A model generated the notes under the pieces. The model made no database searches, had not been told where the DNA came from, and saw only the letters and a program-made list of their open reading frames with translations. A stretch of DNA of 64,000 nt. Source: Elusimicrobiota bacterium. GTDB lineage: Bacteria; Elusimicrobiota; UBA8919. Within the stretch, counting starts at the first letter, position 1. Every line of letters begins with the position of its first letter. A program made the position numbers and the translations under genes. The stretch lies in assembly GCA_028718185.1 (NCBI GenBank), contig JAQUMH010000002.1, forward strand, positions 4,088-68,087, read 5' to 3'. Shown in pieces: positions 38,869 to 47,191 of this stretch.

Positions 38869-39244
38869 CCTGATACTACGGGATCATGTTCTCATCCGGG
38901 GCAGCAGCTCCGGATTCCGAGCATAGACTCGGTCGATGCAATTGCTCCGGACCATGTGTGTTAATTTTACTAAACTGCAATTATTCTGTCAATGACCTAA
39001 TGCCACTTTTTTATGACTTTTTTCCACTATATGAAATTAATCGGTTCTGCATATTCAAATCCATTATAAAATAAAACAAACAATCATCCTCAACTATTAA
39101 CATACTTAATTAGACGAACAACTTGCAAAAACTCTGCACAATATATTTTCTCTCGACAAGTCTCGGAATTATTTTTTAGCTTTCAGAAAAGGGGACAGAA
39201 AAAGAGGCCACTTATTTAGAAGAAATACTACTTTTTAAGGATTT

Positions 39245-40285
39245 CTATTGTTTGTATTTTTTAGGTAGGCAGAACTTTTCTATAAAAGTGATTTTTTGTT
39301 CTTTTGTGAAATATTTTAGGAGTTTTTTTAAGCGTTTTTCAACAGGTTCTTGTTTTGGAGAGATTGCTGAGATATTCAAACTATTATCAATGATTTTCAA
39401 AATACCCCGCTTTTTAAATTCTTCCAGGATTTTTTTGGCTTTTTGTTCTTCCAGTGCTTTTACAAATTCATCCCTTATACGCGGTGCTGAAACCAGTGTT
39501 AGCAAGTTTCTCTTTATTGCAGATATCATCCATTTTTCTGTATTTTTTTCAAGCTTAAAACCAAAACGATGAGCATACCTTATTGCCCTTAGAATTCTGG
39601 TTGGGTCATCTATAAAACTGTTACTATGAAGCACACGAATTTGTTTTTTTTTAATGTCTTCTAAACCACCGTGTAAATCAATAATGTTATTAATTGCCAA
39701 GTTAGATTGCTTCGTCGCTCTGCTCCTCGCAATGACTACACTCTTTTTGTCATCGCGAACCGAAGGTAAAACAATCTCATAAACTTTGAAATTCCTAAAC
39801 ATCAAGTTAGATTCCCACTTTAGTGGGAATGATGAATCTTGGGAAAGCGGAAAGGCGAGGGCGTTGATTGTGAAATCACGGCGGAATAAATCGCTTTTCA
39901 AATTAGACGGGAAAACAATCGGCATTGAAGCGGGGGTTGGGTATTTTTCTGTTCTTGCTGTTGCAATGTCAATTACAAAACCATTTTTTAGCTTAAGGGA
40001 TGCTGTTAAGAATTTTTTATATATGTTAAGTTTTCCGCCGAGTTTTCCATGAATAACTTTTGCAACAGCTAATCCATCACCTTCTACCACCAAATCCAAA
40101 TCAATACTTTTTAGACCTAATACTTTATCACGAACATATCCGCCAACAATATAAATTTTACAATTAAATTGTTTTTCTGTTTTTCTTATAATTTCTACAT
40201 AATTATTGATTTTATTAAACCCCATATAAAACTCAGTCCTACTACAAGAATGGCAGAACCAATTATTGAACCTATTGTCAAACAT
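39245..40285 (-). CDS. cca: tRNA nucleotidyltransferase / poly(A) polymerase family (CCA-adding enzyme head domain) carrying an in-frame repeat-element insertion
   Basis: GGYVRDKVLG and RRDFTINALA motifs are present. About 50 extra residues sit between NALA and IIDLHGGLED. The likely true start is MGFNK (about 40225). The 5' end overlaps the downstream-oriented gene 40195-40659. Confidence 0.7.
   Translation of the reverse strand: MFDNRFNNWFCHSCSRTEFYMGFNKINNYVEIIRKTEKQFNCKIYIVGGYVRDKVLGLKSIDLDLVVEGDGLAVAKVIHGKLGGKLNIYKKFLTASLKLKNGFVIDIATARTEKYPTPASMPIVFPSNLKSDLFRRDFTINALAFPLSQDSSFPLKWESNLMFRNFKVYEIVLPSVRDDKKSVVIARSRATKQSNLAINNIIDLHGGLEDIKKKQIRVLHSNSFIDDPTRILRAIRYAHRFGFKLEKNTEKWMISAIKRNLLTLVSAPRIRDEFVKALEEQKAKKILEEFKKRGILKIIDNSLNISAISPKQEPVEKRLKKLLKYFTKEQKITFIEKFCLPKKYKQ
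39695..39855. mobile_element. MITE copy inserted in-frame inside the cca coding sequence
   Basis: The insert carries the modules catcaagttagattcccactttagtgggaatga (cf. 44054-44088), gagattgttttaccttcggttcgcgatgac and gtcattgcgaggagcagagcgacgaagcaatct (cf. 3589-3679, 60920-60953). It is translated as FPLSQDSSFPLKWESNLMFRNFKVYEIVLPSVRDDKKSVVIARSRATKQSNLA without a stop. Confidence 0.65.
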
Positions 40286-40659
40286 ATATATGATTTTTTC
40301 CTATTAAGATGCATCAAGTGGCTGACTAAGACTGCCGAATACATACCGCCGAAATATACAGGAAGTGCAGCTAAAATTGTTATTCCCAAATAACCTAATC
40401 CCCTAACCCTCTTTACCATTCCGGTTTTTTCCACATTCTCCTGCGACGGGAATCTTTTTGATATTAAGATACCTAATTTTTTATTTACACCGGCACCTTC
40501 TAATATATAAAAATATATGAACATCTGGATTATATCACCTGCTATCGCAATGAAAAATGCACCCCACCAGCCAAATCCTGTAACAATACTTATAGGTATA
40601 ACTATAAACCTGTTAAATAAATAATGCAAAAGATTTAATATAAATGCTATTTCAATCAT
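40195..40659 (-). CDS. small multi-drug export-like membrane protein (Sm_multidrug_ex/DUF family)
   Basis: 154 aa with 4 predicted TM helices. The conserved segment GDIIQMFIYFYILEG. The annotation is by pattern recall and is moderate only. Confidence 0.45.
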   Translation of the reverse strand: MIEIAFILNLLHYLFNRFIVIPISIVTGFGWWGAFFIAIAGDIIQMFIYFYILEGAGVNKKLGILISKRFPSQENVEKTGMVKRVRGLGYLGITILAALPVYFGGMYSAVLVSHLMHLNRKKSYICLTIGSIIGSAILVVGLSFIWGLIKSIIM

Positions 40660-40662
40660 AAA

Positions 40663-41589
40663 TTAAAAACTCTGTCGGCTGCGCATTTCACTTAATCGCT
40701 GTCTTGCTTCTTCTTCAGAAATAAAAGATATGTTTCTTATTGATACGGAAACCAGTGATGCAACTGAAGATAAAAGTATTAAATCGTTCCTTGTAAATGC
40801 TTTTTCATTGTTACTAGCAAATAATATAAAACCGAGAAATTTATCTTCAAAATAAAAAGCTGATGATATAAATGCTTTGCCATTTATGAAATCACTTTTC
40901 TGTTCAAAACTTTTATCATCGTTGATAATTATCTCTTTTTCTGATGCAATGCTATTCACAAAAGATTCTGTTCTTGGAATCGTTTCAACGGGTACTTTTA
41001 AATTAACTGATGAATGAACATCTAATTCATCCGTAAATTCATTATAAACCGATATTAATCCGCTATCTGCTTTTTTAAAGAGTTTAGCAACATTTGAAAA
41101 AACATCTGCTGTCATCTGTTTTAAGTTCTTTGAACTGGCAATGATTTTTCCTGTATCATAAAGCAGCGTGAGATGACTGTTTGTTGCTGAAAGCCGGCTT
41201 AATGTTGTCGACATAATTGCTGATAAAAGTTTCATTCCGGTATTCAGGTCGCTGGAAATAAGTTCTACAAATTTATTCTTTTTTATTTCAAGCAAGGTAA
41301 CATCATCTATTGCCCGGACCGATGCAATTCTTGGTTTATCTTCAAAAAGCGACATTTCACCGAAATAATCACCGGTAGATAAAATGGCAAGAGTTTTTGT
41401 TGAACCTTCCGAAAGATGCTTAAAAACTTCAACTTTTCCTTCCGCTATCAGACAAAAAACATCCGCCGAAGATGATTCCTCAAAAATAACAGTATCTTTT
41501 TTTATCTTTCTTTCTTCCAGTATCTTTGATATATGTTTTAGGACACTATCCGACAACCCATTGAAAATTTCAACCGATTTAAGGTTCAT
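40663..41589 (-). CDS. cyclic-nucleotide-binding domain plus GAF-like domain regulatory protein
   Basis: 308 aa. The N-terminal cNMP-binding fold (FNGLSD...VIFEE...GDYFGEMSLF) is followed by a C-terminal alpha/beta region with GAF-like topology. No DNA-binding HTH is evident. Confidence 0.6.
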   Translation of the reverse strand: MNLKSVEIFNGLSDSVLKHISKILEERKIKKDTVIFEESSSADVFCLIAEGKVEVFKHLSEGSTKTLAILSTGDYFGEMSLFEDKPRIASVRAIDDVTLLEIKKNKFVELISSDLNTGMKLLSAIMSTTLSRLSATNSHLTLLYDTGKIIASSKNLKQMTADVFSNVAKLFKKADSGLISVYNEFTDELDVHSSVNLKVPVETIPRTESFVNSIASEKEIIINDDKSFEQKSDFINGKAFISSAFYFEDKFLGFILFASNNEKAFTRNDLILLSSVASLVSVSIRNISFISEEEARQRLSEMRSRQSF

Positions 41590-42680
41590 TTCGTTCCCCC
41601 TGTCTTTTTTGCAAAATCTACCGATTGTATCTGTATTTTCAAATCTGACGGATTATTGCTTGTAGCAAGCGCTTCCTCCATAGTAATAACATCATTCTTA
41701 TAAAGTGATAGAAGTGACTGGTTAAATGATTGCGTTTTGTAAAAAGAAGAACTATCTTCTATCGCTTTTGAAATTTGTCCTGTTTTGCTTTCTGCAATTA
41801 ATGATTTTATAAAAGGTGTATTTATCATTATTTCCATAGCAACAACCATACCTTTTTCATCTTTTCTTTTAATAAGACGCTGTGCAACAACTGCGATTAG
41901 AAACAGTGAAACTTGAAATCTAACTTGTGATTGCTGTTCTACAGGAAATGAATCAATTATTCTATCAATTGTCTGTTTTGTGTCATTCGTATGCAATGTT
42001 GATATAACAAGATGTCCTGTTTCAGCAGCGGTAATAGCGGTTGAAATTGTTTCAGGGTCACGCATTTCGCCGACAAGAATAACATCCGGGTCCTGTCTTA
42101 ATGCTGATTTTAACGCTGTTCCAAATGTTTGAGTGTCCATACCAATTTCTCTTTGGTTTATTATTGATTTTTTATCTGTGTGAACAAACTCAATCGGGTC
42201 TTCAATTGTAATAACATTTTTTTTGGATGTTTCATTAATTTCATTTATTATTGCCGCTTGAGTTGTTGATTTCCCGCTACCAGTGGGACCTGTTACAAGA
42301 ACCAGTCCTTGTTTAGTCATAGCTATATCTTTCAATACAGAAGGTATGTTTAAACTATCAATAGAGGGAATTATCATGGGTATCATTCTAAATACAACCC
42401 CATAATTCCCCTTTTGTATAAAAAGAGCTCCCCTGAATCTTGCTATTCCAGACAGTTCACAAGCAAAATCATATTCTTTGTTTTCTTGCATTTTCTTTTC
42501 TTCATCAATCCCTATATATTTTGAAATTAACTCTTTTATCTTTGCAGACGTAAGTTTCTCACCGTCTACAAGCGGCTCAATATCACCGTGAATACGAACC
42601 ATTGGAGGTAAACCGGCTTTTAAATGTAAATCGGTTCCTTTCTTTTCAATAACCAATTTTAAGAGTTCTTCAATATTCAT
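41586..42680 (-). CDS. pilU: PilT-family type IV pilus retraction ATPase paralog (PilU-like)
   Basis: 364 aa. Walker A GPTGSGKST, Asp box, Walker B DPDVILVGEMRD and His box TLHTND are present. The N-terminus diverges from the upstream pilT. Confidence 0.7.
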   Translation of the reverse strand: MNIEELLKLVIEKKGTDLHLKAGLPPMVRIHGDIEPLVDGEKLTSAKIKELISKYIGIDEEKKMQENKEYDFACELSGIARFRGALFIQKGNYGVVFRMIPMIIPSIDSLNIPSVLKDIAMTKQGLVLVTGPTGSGKSTTQAAIINEINETSKKNVITIEDPIEFVHTDKKSIINQREIGMDTQTFGTALKSALRQDPDVILVGEMRDPETISTAITAAETGHLVISTLHTNDTKQTIDRIIDSFPVEQQSQVRFQVSLFLIAVVAQRLIKRKDEKGMVVAMEIMINTPFIKSLIAESKTGQISKAIEDSSSFYKTQSFNQSLLSLYKNDVITMEEALATSNNPSDLKIQIQSVDFAKKTGGTK

Positions 42681-42787
42681 TTTAATATACGCGAAACTGA
42701 CCTGCCTACCGGCAGGTAGGCGCTAAATGTTTTACGCCTGTTTTGCGCTCCTCTTTACCTCTTTGTTATCCACTAAGCTCCTAATCG

Positions 42788-42910
42788 AAGAGCGAAGAAG
42801 TTGTTGAGCAGAACTTCACGGAGTTCCGCTTAAAACATTCAGCGGAACGAGTGAGAGTGCCCCGACGTAACGTCGGGGACAACGGTTCTGTGAGACAAGC
42901 TCCCGAACGG
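42788..42910. repeat. about 130-bp conserved structured element, copy 2, upstream of the pilT paralog
   Basis: See copy 1. The variable hairpin ccccgacgtaacgtcgggg sits at 42860-42878. Confidence 0.6.
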
Positions 42911-43975
42911 CTATCTGCCGGAAATTGCTGCTTTTACCATCTCCGGATTATGCGCTTTCGCTAAAGCATCTTCCATTTTTATCAATCCATCCCTAACAAG
43001 ACCACCAAGAACTTTATCGAGAGATATCATTCCTGCTTTTGCCCCTACTTCTATTGTCTGATATAACTGGTGCGTTTTACCTTCTCTTATAAGATTTGAA
43101 ATTGCAGGGGTAGCTATCATAATCTCTCTTGCTGCAATTCTCGAGTTACCATCAACAGTTTGAATAAGCGTTTGAGATATAACCGCTTGAAGTGAAGTGG
43201 AAAGCTGCATTCTTACCTGTTGCTGCTGGTGCGGCGGAAAAACATCAATGATTCTATCAACTGTTGAAGGAGCATCGGTTGTGTGAAGTGTAGCGAAAAC
43301 AAGGTGCCCGGTTTCGGCAATTGTTATTGCTGCTCCGATTGTTTCAAGATCTCTCATTTCACCTACAAGTACTATATCGGGATCTTCTCTAAGAGCATGT
43401 TTTAATGCCGCACCGAAAGAAAGTGTATGTTGCCCGACTTCTCTTTGAGTAACAACACAACCTTTTGATTCATAAACAAACTCAATAGGATCCTCAACAG
43501 TAAGAATATGGTCCTTCCTGGTTGTATTTACAAGATCCATCAAACAAGCGAGCGTCGTTGACTTACCGCTGCCAGTAGGTCCTGTTACAAGTACAAGTCC
43601 TCTTGCCAAACCTGCAAGTTTTGTAATTGCTTCCGGTAAACGTAATTGTTCAGGTGACGGTATTTTAGAAGAAATTACACGGAGTACAGCACCAATGCCA
43701 TTTCTGTGCATTAAAACATTTACCCTGAATCTTGAAACATTAGGTAAATTAAAAGAACAATCTAATTCAAGGTCTTCTTCAAATTTCTTCTTTTGTTCAT
43801 CATACAACATTGAATAGATTAACCGCTTTGCTTCATCAGGATTTATTATATCGGCAAATCCTTCAATAGTCTTCATTTCACCGACATGGCGGCACATAGG
43901 TGGTTTGCCTACAACGATATGTATATCCGAAGCCCCCTTTTTTACTGCTGTAGTCAAAATGTCAAAAATTTCCAT
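42911..43975 (-). CDS. pilT: twitching motility ATPase PilT
   Basis: 354 aa. The N-terminus MEIFDILTTAVKKGASDIHIVVGKPPM, Walker A GPTGSGKST, Walker B DPDIVLVGEMRDLETI, His box TLHTTDA and the AIRNLIREGK region are present. Confidence 0.85.
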   Translation of the reverse strand: MEIFDILTTAVKKGASDIHIVVGKPPMCRHVGEMKTIEGFADIINPDEAKRLIYSMLYDEQKKKFEEDLELDCSFNLPNVSRFRVNVLMHRNGIGAVLRVISSKIPSPEQLRLPEAITKLAGLARGLVLVTGPTGSGKSTTLACLMDLVNTTRKDHILTVEDPIEFVYESKGCVVTQREVGQHTLSFGAALKHALREDPDIVLVGEMRDLETIGAAITIAETGHLVFATLHTTDAPSTVDRIIDVFPPHQQQQVRMQLSTSLQAVISQTLIQTVDGNSRIAAREIMIATPAISNLIREGKTHQLYQTIEVGAKAGMISLDKVLGGLVRDGLIKMEDALAKAHNPEMVKAAISGR

Positions 43976-44004
43976 TTATCCTCCTGTATTTTATCTATAT
44001 GAAC

Positions 44005-44230
44005 AAATTAGGCACGCCAAGGGCGTGCTACTACAAACATTGATATTCTTATTCATCAAGATAGATTCCCACTTTCGTGGGAATGACACGCCATGATAGA
44101 TTGTCATTCCCGAGTGTCTCAATCGGGAATCCACAACATCGAAATTCTTATGCATCAAGTTATGCCCGCCACTGAACCGTTGGCGGGCAACGACAAAAAC
44201 ATTGTAGTGGCAGAGCTTTGCAACTATATT
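44005..44230. repeat. mosaic of at least five palindromic repeat modules in the pilT / DUF2851 spacer
   Basis: ggcacgccaagggcgtgctactaca (44010-44034); catcaagatagattcccactttcgtgggaatgaca (44054-44088); tgtcattcccgagtgtctcaatcgggaat (44102-44130); gcccgccactgaaccgttggcgggc (44163-44187, reverse complement of the hairpin in the 3589-3679 MITE); cattgtagtggcagagctttgc (44200-44221). Confidence 0.7.
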
Positions 44231-45766
44231 TTACTGCGGCAATAGTTCGCTCATCGACATATTAAAGATTGACTGAAAACTGCAATTAGTACATATTCCT
44301 TTCTTTATGTCGCAAAAATCTTTAAATATTTGTAAAAGTCCCTGTTGAAAACGCTCGCCCCGTCCCGTAATATCTCCAAAACCTATTTTCCACGAAGTAA
44401 GCCGTGCCGTCCGGTTAGTTGCTATTATAGGTTGTTTTAACCACCACTGATAAATAATTTTACCATCTTTTAATGTCTGAATTTTTGCAATCGCCAAAGG
44501 TAAAAATACATTTATAAGTATCAGCAGATTTCTTTCTTCTCCGATTAAAGCAACAGGTTTTAAAAACTTTTTTGAATTAAATGTAGTTCTGAAAAACCAA
44601 AAATTAAAAGAATCGGCAGTATCTATTTTAATCTCTTTTAAGAACTCCTTTAACTTCAAGTTACCCGAGATAATCTTATCGTAAAAATCCTGGAATATTT
44701 TATCAAAACCATTATTGATATGTTTAGAAATAACCAGACTCGCAGCAGCTAAACGACGATATGGAAAATTATATGGTCTTATTCCCCTGAATTTCCAGGA
44801 CTCTTTTTTAATTATTTCACCCGGTAAAATCTGCTGTCTCAGGACCTTCCATATTTTCTTTATCTTTAATACATATTTTTCAGCTTCATCATCAAGCTTT
44901 TCCATCTTGTCTATTTCCGGAATAAGACCGCATACTCCATAAAACAGTGCCTGAATTCTAATTGGTTTTTCTTCAAACTTTTCTAATTTAATTACTTTTT
45001 CTATCCGCTCAAGCGGTAATATCTCAGCCAACTTCCTGAAATTTTCCCTGTTCTGACCGTAACCAAGCCCGCCAATAATACCTTTGTAAACTATTTGATT
45101 TATTGATTCGCTTGACATTCTTCTTTTAAGCTCTTCACTTTTAAGTTTTATCCTTTCATCCCCGGCAATGCCAATTATATGTTCCAATAATGAATATTTT
45201 CTAAAAGAGAATGCAGCACATTTGCCGGCACGAACTTTGCTTGAATAAGGATAATTTTCAACATCAAAATCGCTATTTATGATTTCCAAATCATCATTTA
45301 CATAATCAATCAATTCAAGAGAGGGAACTGCGCCTTTATTTTGAGTAAGTGTCTTTGATAATTTACTGCTTTGCCATAAAAAGACATGCAGGATAACATT
45401 ATTAAAATTCTTATTTTTATAATGATTATGCTTTTTCCAGTATAAGGAATAAATATCAACCTCAATGTCACCTGTTATCTCCTGACCATCGATATTTATT
45501 TTAGCGTTCTTAAAATCAGGTCCCTCATCAAAATTCCACTCGCCCGGCGAGACTATAACAATATTTTTGCCGGCGATTGTTTTCAAACCTCTTCTTTCAA
45601 TCTTTTGGTCAAACCATATCATTTTTACAAGTTTTTCAGTAACCGGTTGTTTGTCCTTATTATATAATTTTTCAGGTTCACGAATAGACAAGGATTCGTA
45701 TAATTTCTTATATTTATTTGAGAAATCCTGAGGATTATGATATTTTACTTCATCAATATACTTCAT
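44231..45766 (-). CDS. DUF2851-like hypothetical protein
   Basis: 511 aa, soluble. The N-terminal segment EKLVKMIWFDQKI resembles the DUF2851 N-terminal motif. No catalytic motif was recognised. Confidence 0.3.
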   Translation of the reverse strand: MKYIDEVKYHNPQDFSNKYKKLYESLSIREPEKLYNKDKQPVTEKLVKMIWFDQKIERRGLKTIAGKNIVIVSPGEWNFDEGPDFKNAKINIDGQEITGDIEVDIYSLYWKKHNHYKNKNFNNVILHVFLWQSSKLSKTLTQNKGAVPSLELIDYVNDDLEIINSDFDVENYPYSSKVRAGKCAAFSFRKYSLLEHIIGIAGDERIKLKSEELKRRMSSESINQIVYKGIIGGLGYGQNRENFRKLAEILPLERIEKVIKLEKFEEKPIRIQALFYGVCGLIPEIDKMEKLDDEAEKYVLKIKKIWKVLRQQILPGEIIKKESWKFRGIRPYNFPYRRLAAASLVISKHINNGFDKIFQDFYDKIISGNLKLKEFLKEIKIDTADSFNFWFFRTTFNSKKFLKPVALIGEERNLLILINVFLPLAIAKIQTLKDGKIIYQWWLKQPIIATNRTARLTSWKIGFGDITGRGERFQQGLLQIFKDFCDIKKGICTNCSFQSIFNMSMSELLPQ

Positions 45767-45769
45767 ATA

Positions 45770-45865
45770 AACGCTGATTGCCGCTGATGATTAACCGAAC
45801 GCTGATGACCGCTGATTCCGGTAACGCTGATTAACACTGATTCTGATTAAACAAACGCTGATTAA
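45770..45865. promoter_or_regulatory. irregular array of about 8 direct CGCTGAT heptamers abutting the start codon of the DUF2851 gene
   Basis: cgctgat occurs at 45772, 45782, 45799, 45810, 45825 and 45856, with degenerate copies at 45835 and 45843. The array starts 5 nt upstream of the ATG (reverse complement at 45764-45766). Confidence 0.5.
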
Positions 45866-46020
45866 TGCAGATAAAACAACCCGATTCTTAAGTTTACCTT
45901 CCCTATATTGAGCGAGGAAGAAATTTCTGAAGAGCCTGAATTTGCGACCTATACCCAACAGGAGCAAATGTTAGAGCGACCTCAAGGGAGCGTCTCGAAG
46001 AAATTTGCTTCCGAGCGAAT

Positions 46021-46617
46021 CTATTTTTTTACTTTAGGCTTTGGTTTCTCAGCTGGTTTATCATTTGGCTTGTCATTTGGTTTTTCAACATAAACCTTTC
46101 TCATTATATCACCGATTTGTATTTTATGAACAACATCAAGTCCTTCTATAACCTGCCCAAAAACAGTATATTGACCATCTAAAAACGACTGTGGACCAAG
46201 ACAGATATAGAATTGACATCCGGCAGAATCAGGAGATTGCGCTCTTGCCATCGCTACAGTTCCGTCAAGATGTTTCCTTTTGTTAAACTCTGCTTTTATC
46301 TTATAACCCGGGTCACCGGTACCATCACCTTTTGGACACCCGCCCTGAATTACAAATCCCGGAACAACCCTGTGGAATTTTAAACCATCGTAAAACTTTG
46401 CATTAGCAAGCTTTTTAAAGTTTGCAACAGTGTTTGGTGCATCTTGTTCGTAAAATTCAAATTTTATTACCCCTTTATCCGTTTTAATTACAGCAATTTC
46501 TTTCATCTGCTTTTTCTCCTTTCCACAAAGATTATTAAAAACCAAACCTGTAAAACTAAAAATCATCAAACCTATTTTAAACTTTTTCCACATTCCATTC
46601 TTCACTATCTGATTCAT
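46021..46617 (-). CDS. secreted cyclophilin-type peptidyl-prolyl cis-trans isomerase with a Lys/Pro-rich C-terminal tail
   Basis: 198 aa with a signal peptide. Cyclophilin motifs [15 protein letters not shown] and [10 protein letters not shown]-terminal tail [20 protein letters not shown]. Confidence 0.85.
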   Translation of the reverse strand: MNQIVKNGMWKKFKIGLMIFSFTGLVFNNLCGKEKKQMKEIAVIKTDKGVIKFEFYEQDAPNTVANFKKLANAKFYDGLKFHRVVPGFVIQGGCPKGDGTGDPGYKIKAEFNKRKHLDGTVAMARAQSPDSAGCQFYICLGPQSFLDGQYTVFGQVIEGLDVVHKIQIGDIMRKVYVEKPNDKPNDKPAEKPKPKVKK

Positions 46618-47093
46618 AATTCCTCCTCATTTTTAATAAACTCGACCAATTCATCAAGCCCAAAAAATACTTCAATTTTATAATCCGCTAAAAACATATT
46701 GTCTGATTTCTGTTTAACTGTCTCGTAATCGATTTTTGCTTTTTCTCTTAATTCGTCGCGATTGTCTTTACAGTCGTGATTATACACATAAAACAAATAT
46801 CGTTTTTTTTCATCATGATACAATAGAAATCTTTCCCAGTAGAAAAGTAACCCACAATATGGACAAACGACTACATTCAGCAACCCGTTTAACATCATCT
46901 CTTTTAAATCGGGGTCAGTAGTAACGTTTATGGAATCCCATAAATCCCATTCGAATTCCTTTCCACAGGAACATTCAACATTTTGCTTATTGCTGTATGA
47001 CATATATGCGGAATTATATAAAAAAAATATTAAAAAGTAAAATAATAAAGTTCCCCGCAGCAAACTGCGGGGTATCAAATTGCCACCCCGCAC
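46614..47093 (-). CDS. CpXC domain protein
   Basis: 159 aa. CSCGKEF...VVVCPYCG gives two CxxC pairs with the CpXC spacing. Confidence 0.55.
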   Translation of the reverse strand: MRGGNLIPRSLLRGTLLFYFLIFFLYNSAYMSYSNKQNVECSCGKEFEWDLWDSINVTTDPDLKEMMLNGLLNVVVCPYCGLLFYWERFLLYHDEKKRYLFYVYNHDCKDNRDELREKAKIDYETVKQKSDNMFLADYKIEVFFGLDELVEFIKNEEEL

Positions 47094-47191
47094 AGTTTTG
47101 TCGTAGACAAAACTAGACGTGGGGGTTCTCCTTTCCTTATCCCCGTCAAGTGAAACTTGACGGGGTATTTGCTGAAGGAGAATAAAAAAAT

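Noticed and set aside
38770-39074. Plus-strand ORFs 38770-38964 and 38886-39074 in the long operon leader
   Set aside because: They are GC-rich only because they span the palindromic hairpins. The translations are Cys/Ser/Pro-rich with no start context. A regulatory or RNA function is more plausible than coding.
45770-45865. Heptamer arrays (CGCTGAT here; CACGAAT/ATTCGTG at 52301-52396) considered as CRISPR arrays
   Set aside because: The units are 7 nt with 1-10-nt irregular gaps, with no 25-40-nt repeats separated by unique spacers and no cas genes nearby. They are regulatory or iteron-like arrays instead.
45908-46093. Plus-strand 61-aa ORF overlapping the cyclophilin gene 3' end
   Set aside because: It is antisense to the Lys/Pro-rich tail codons of the cyclophilin, and no independent support exists.
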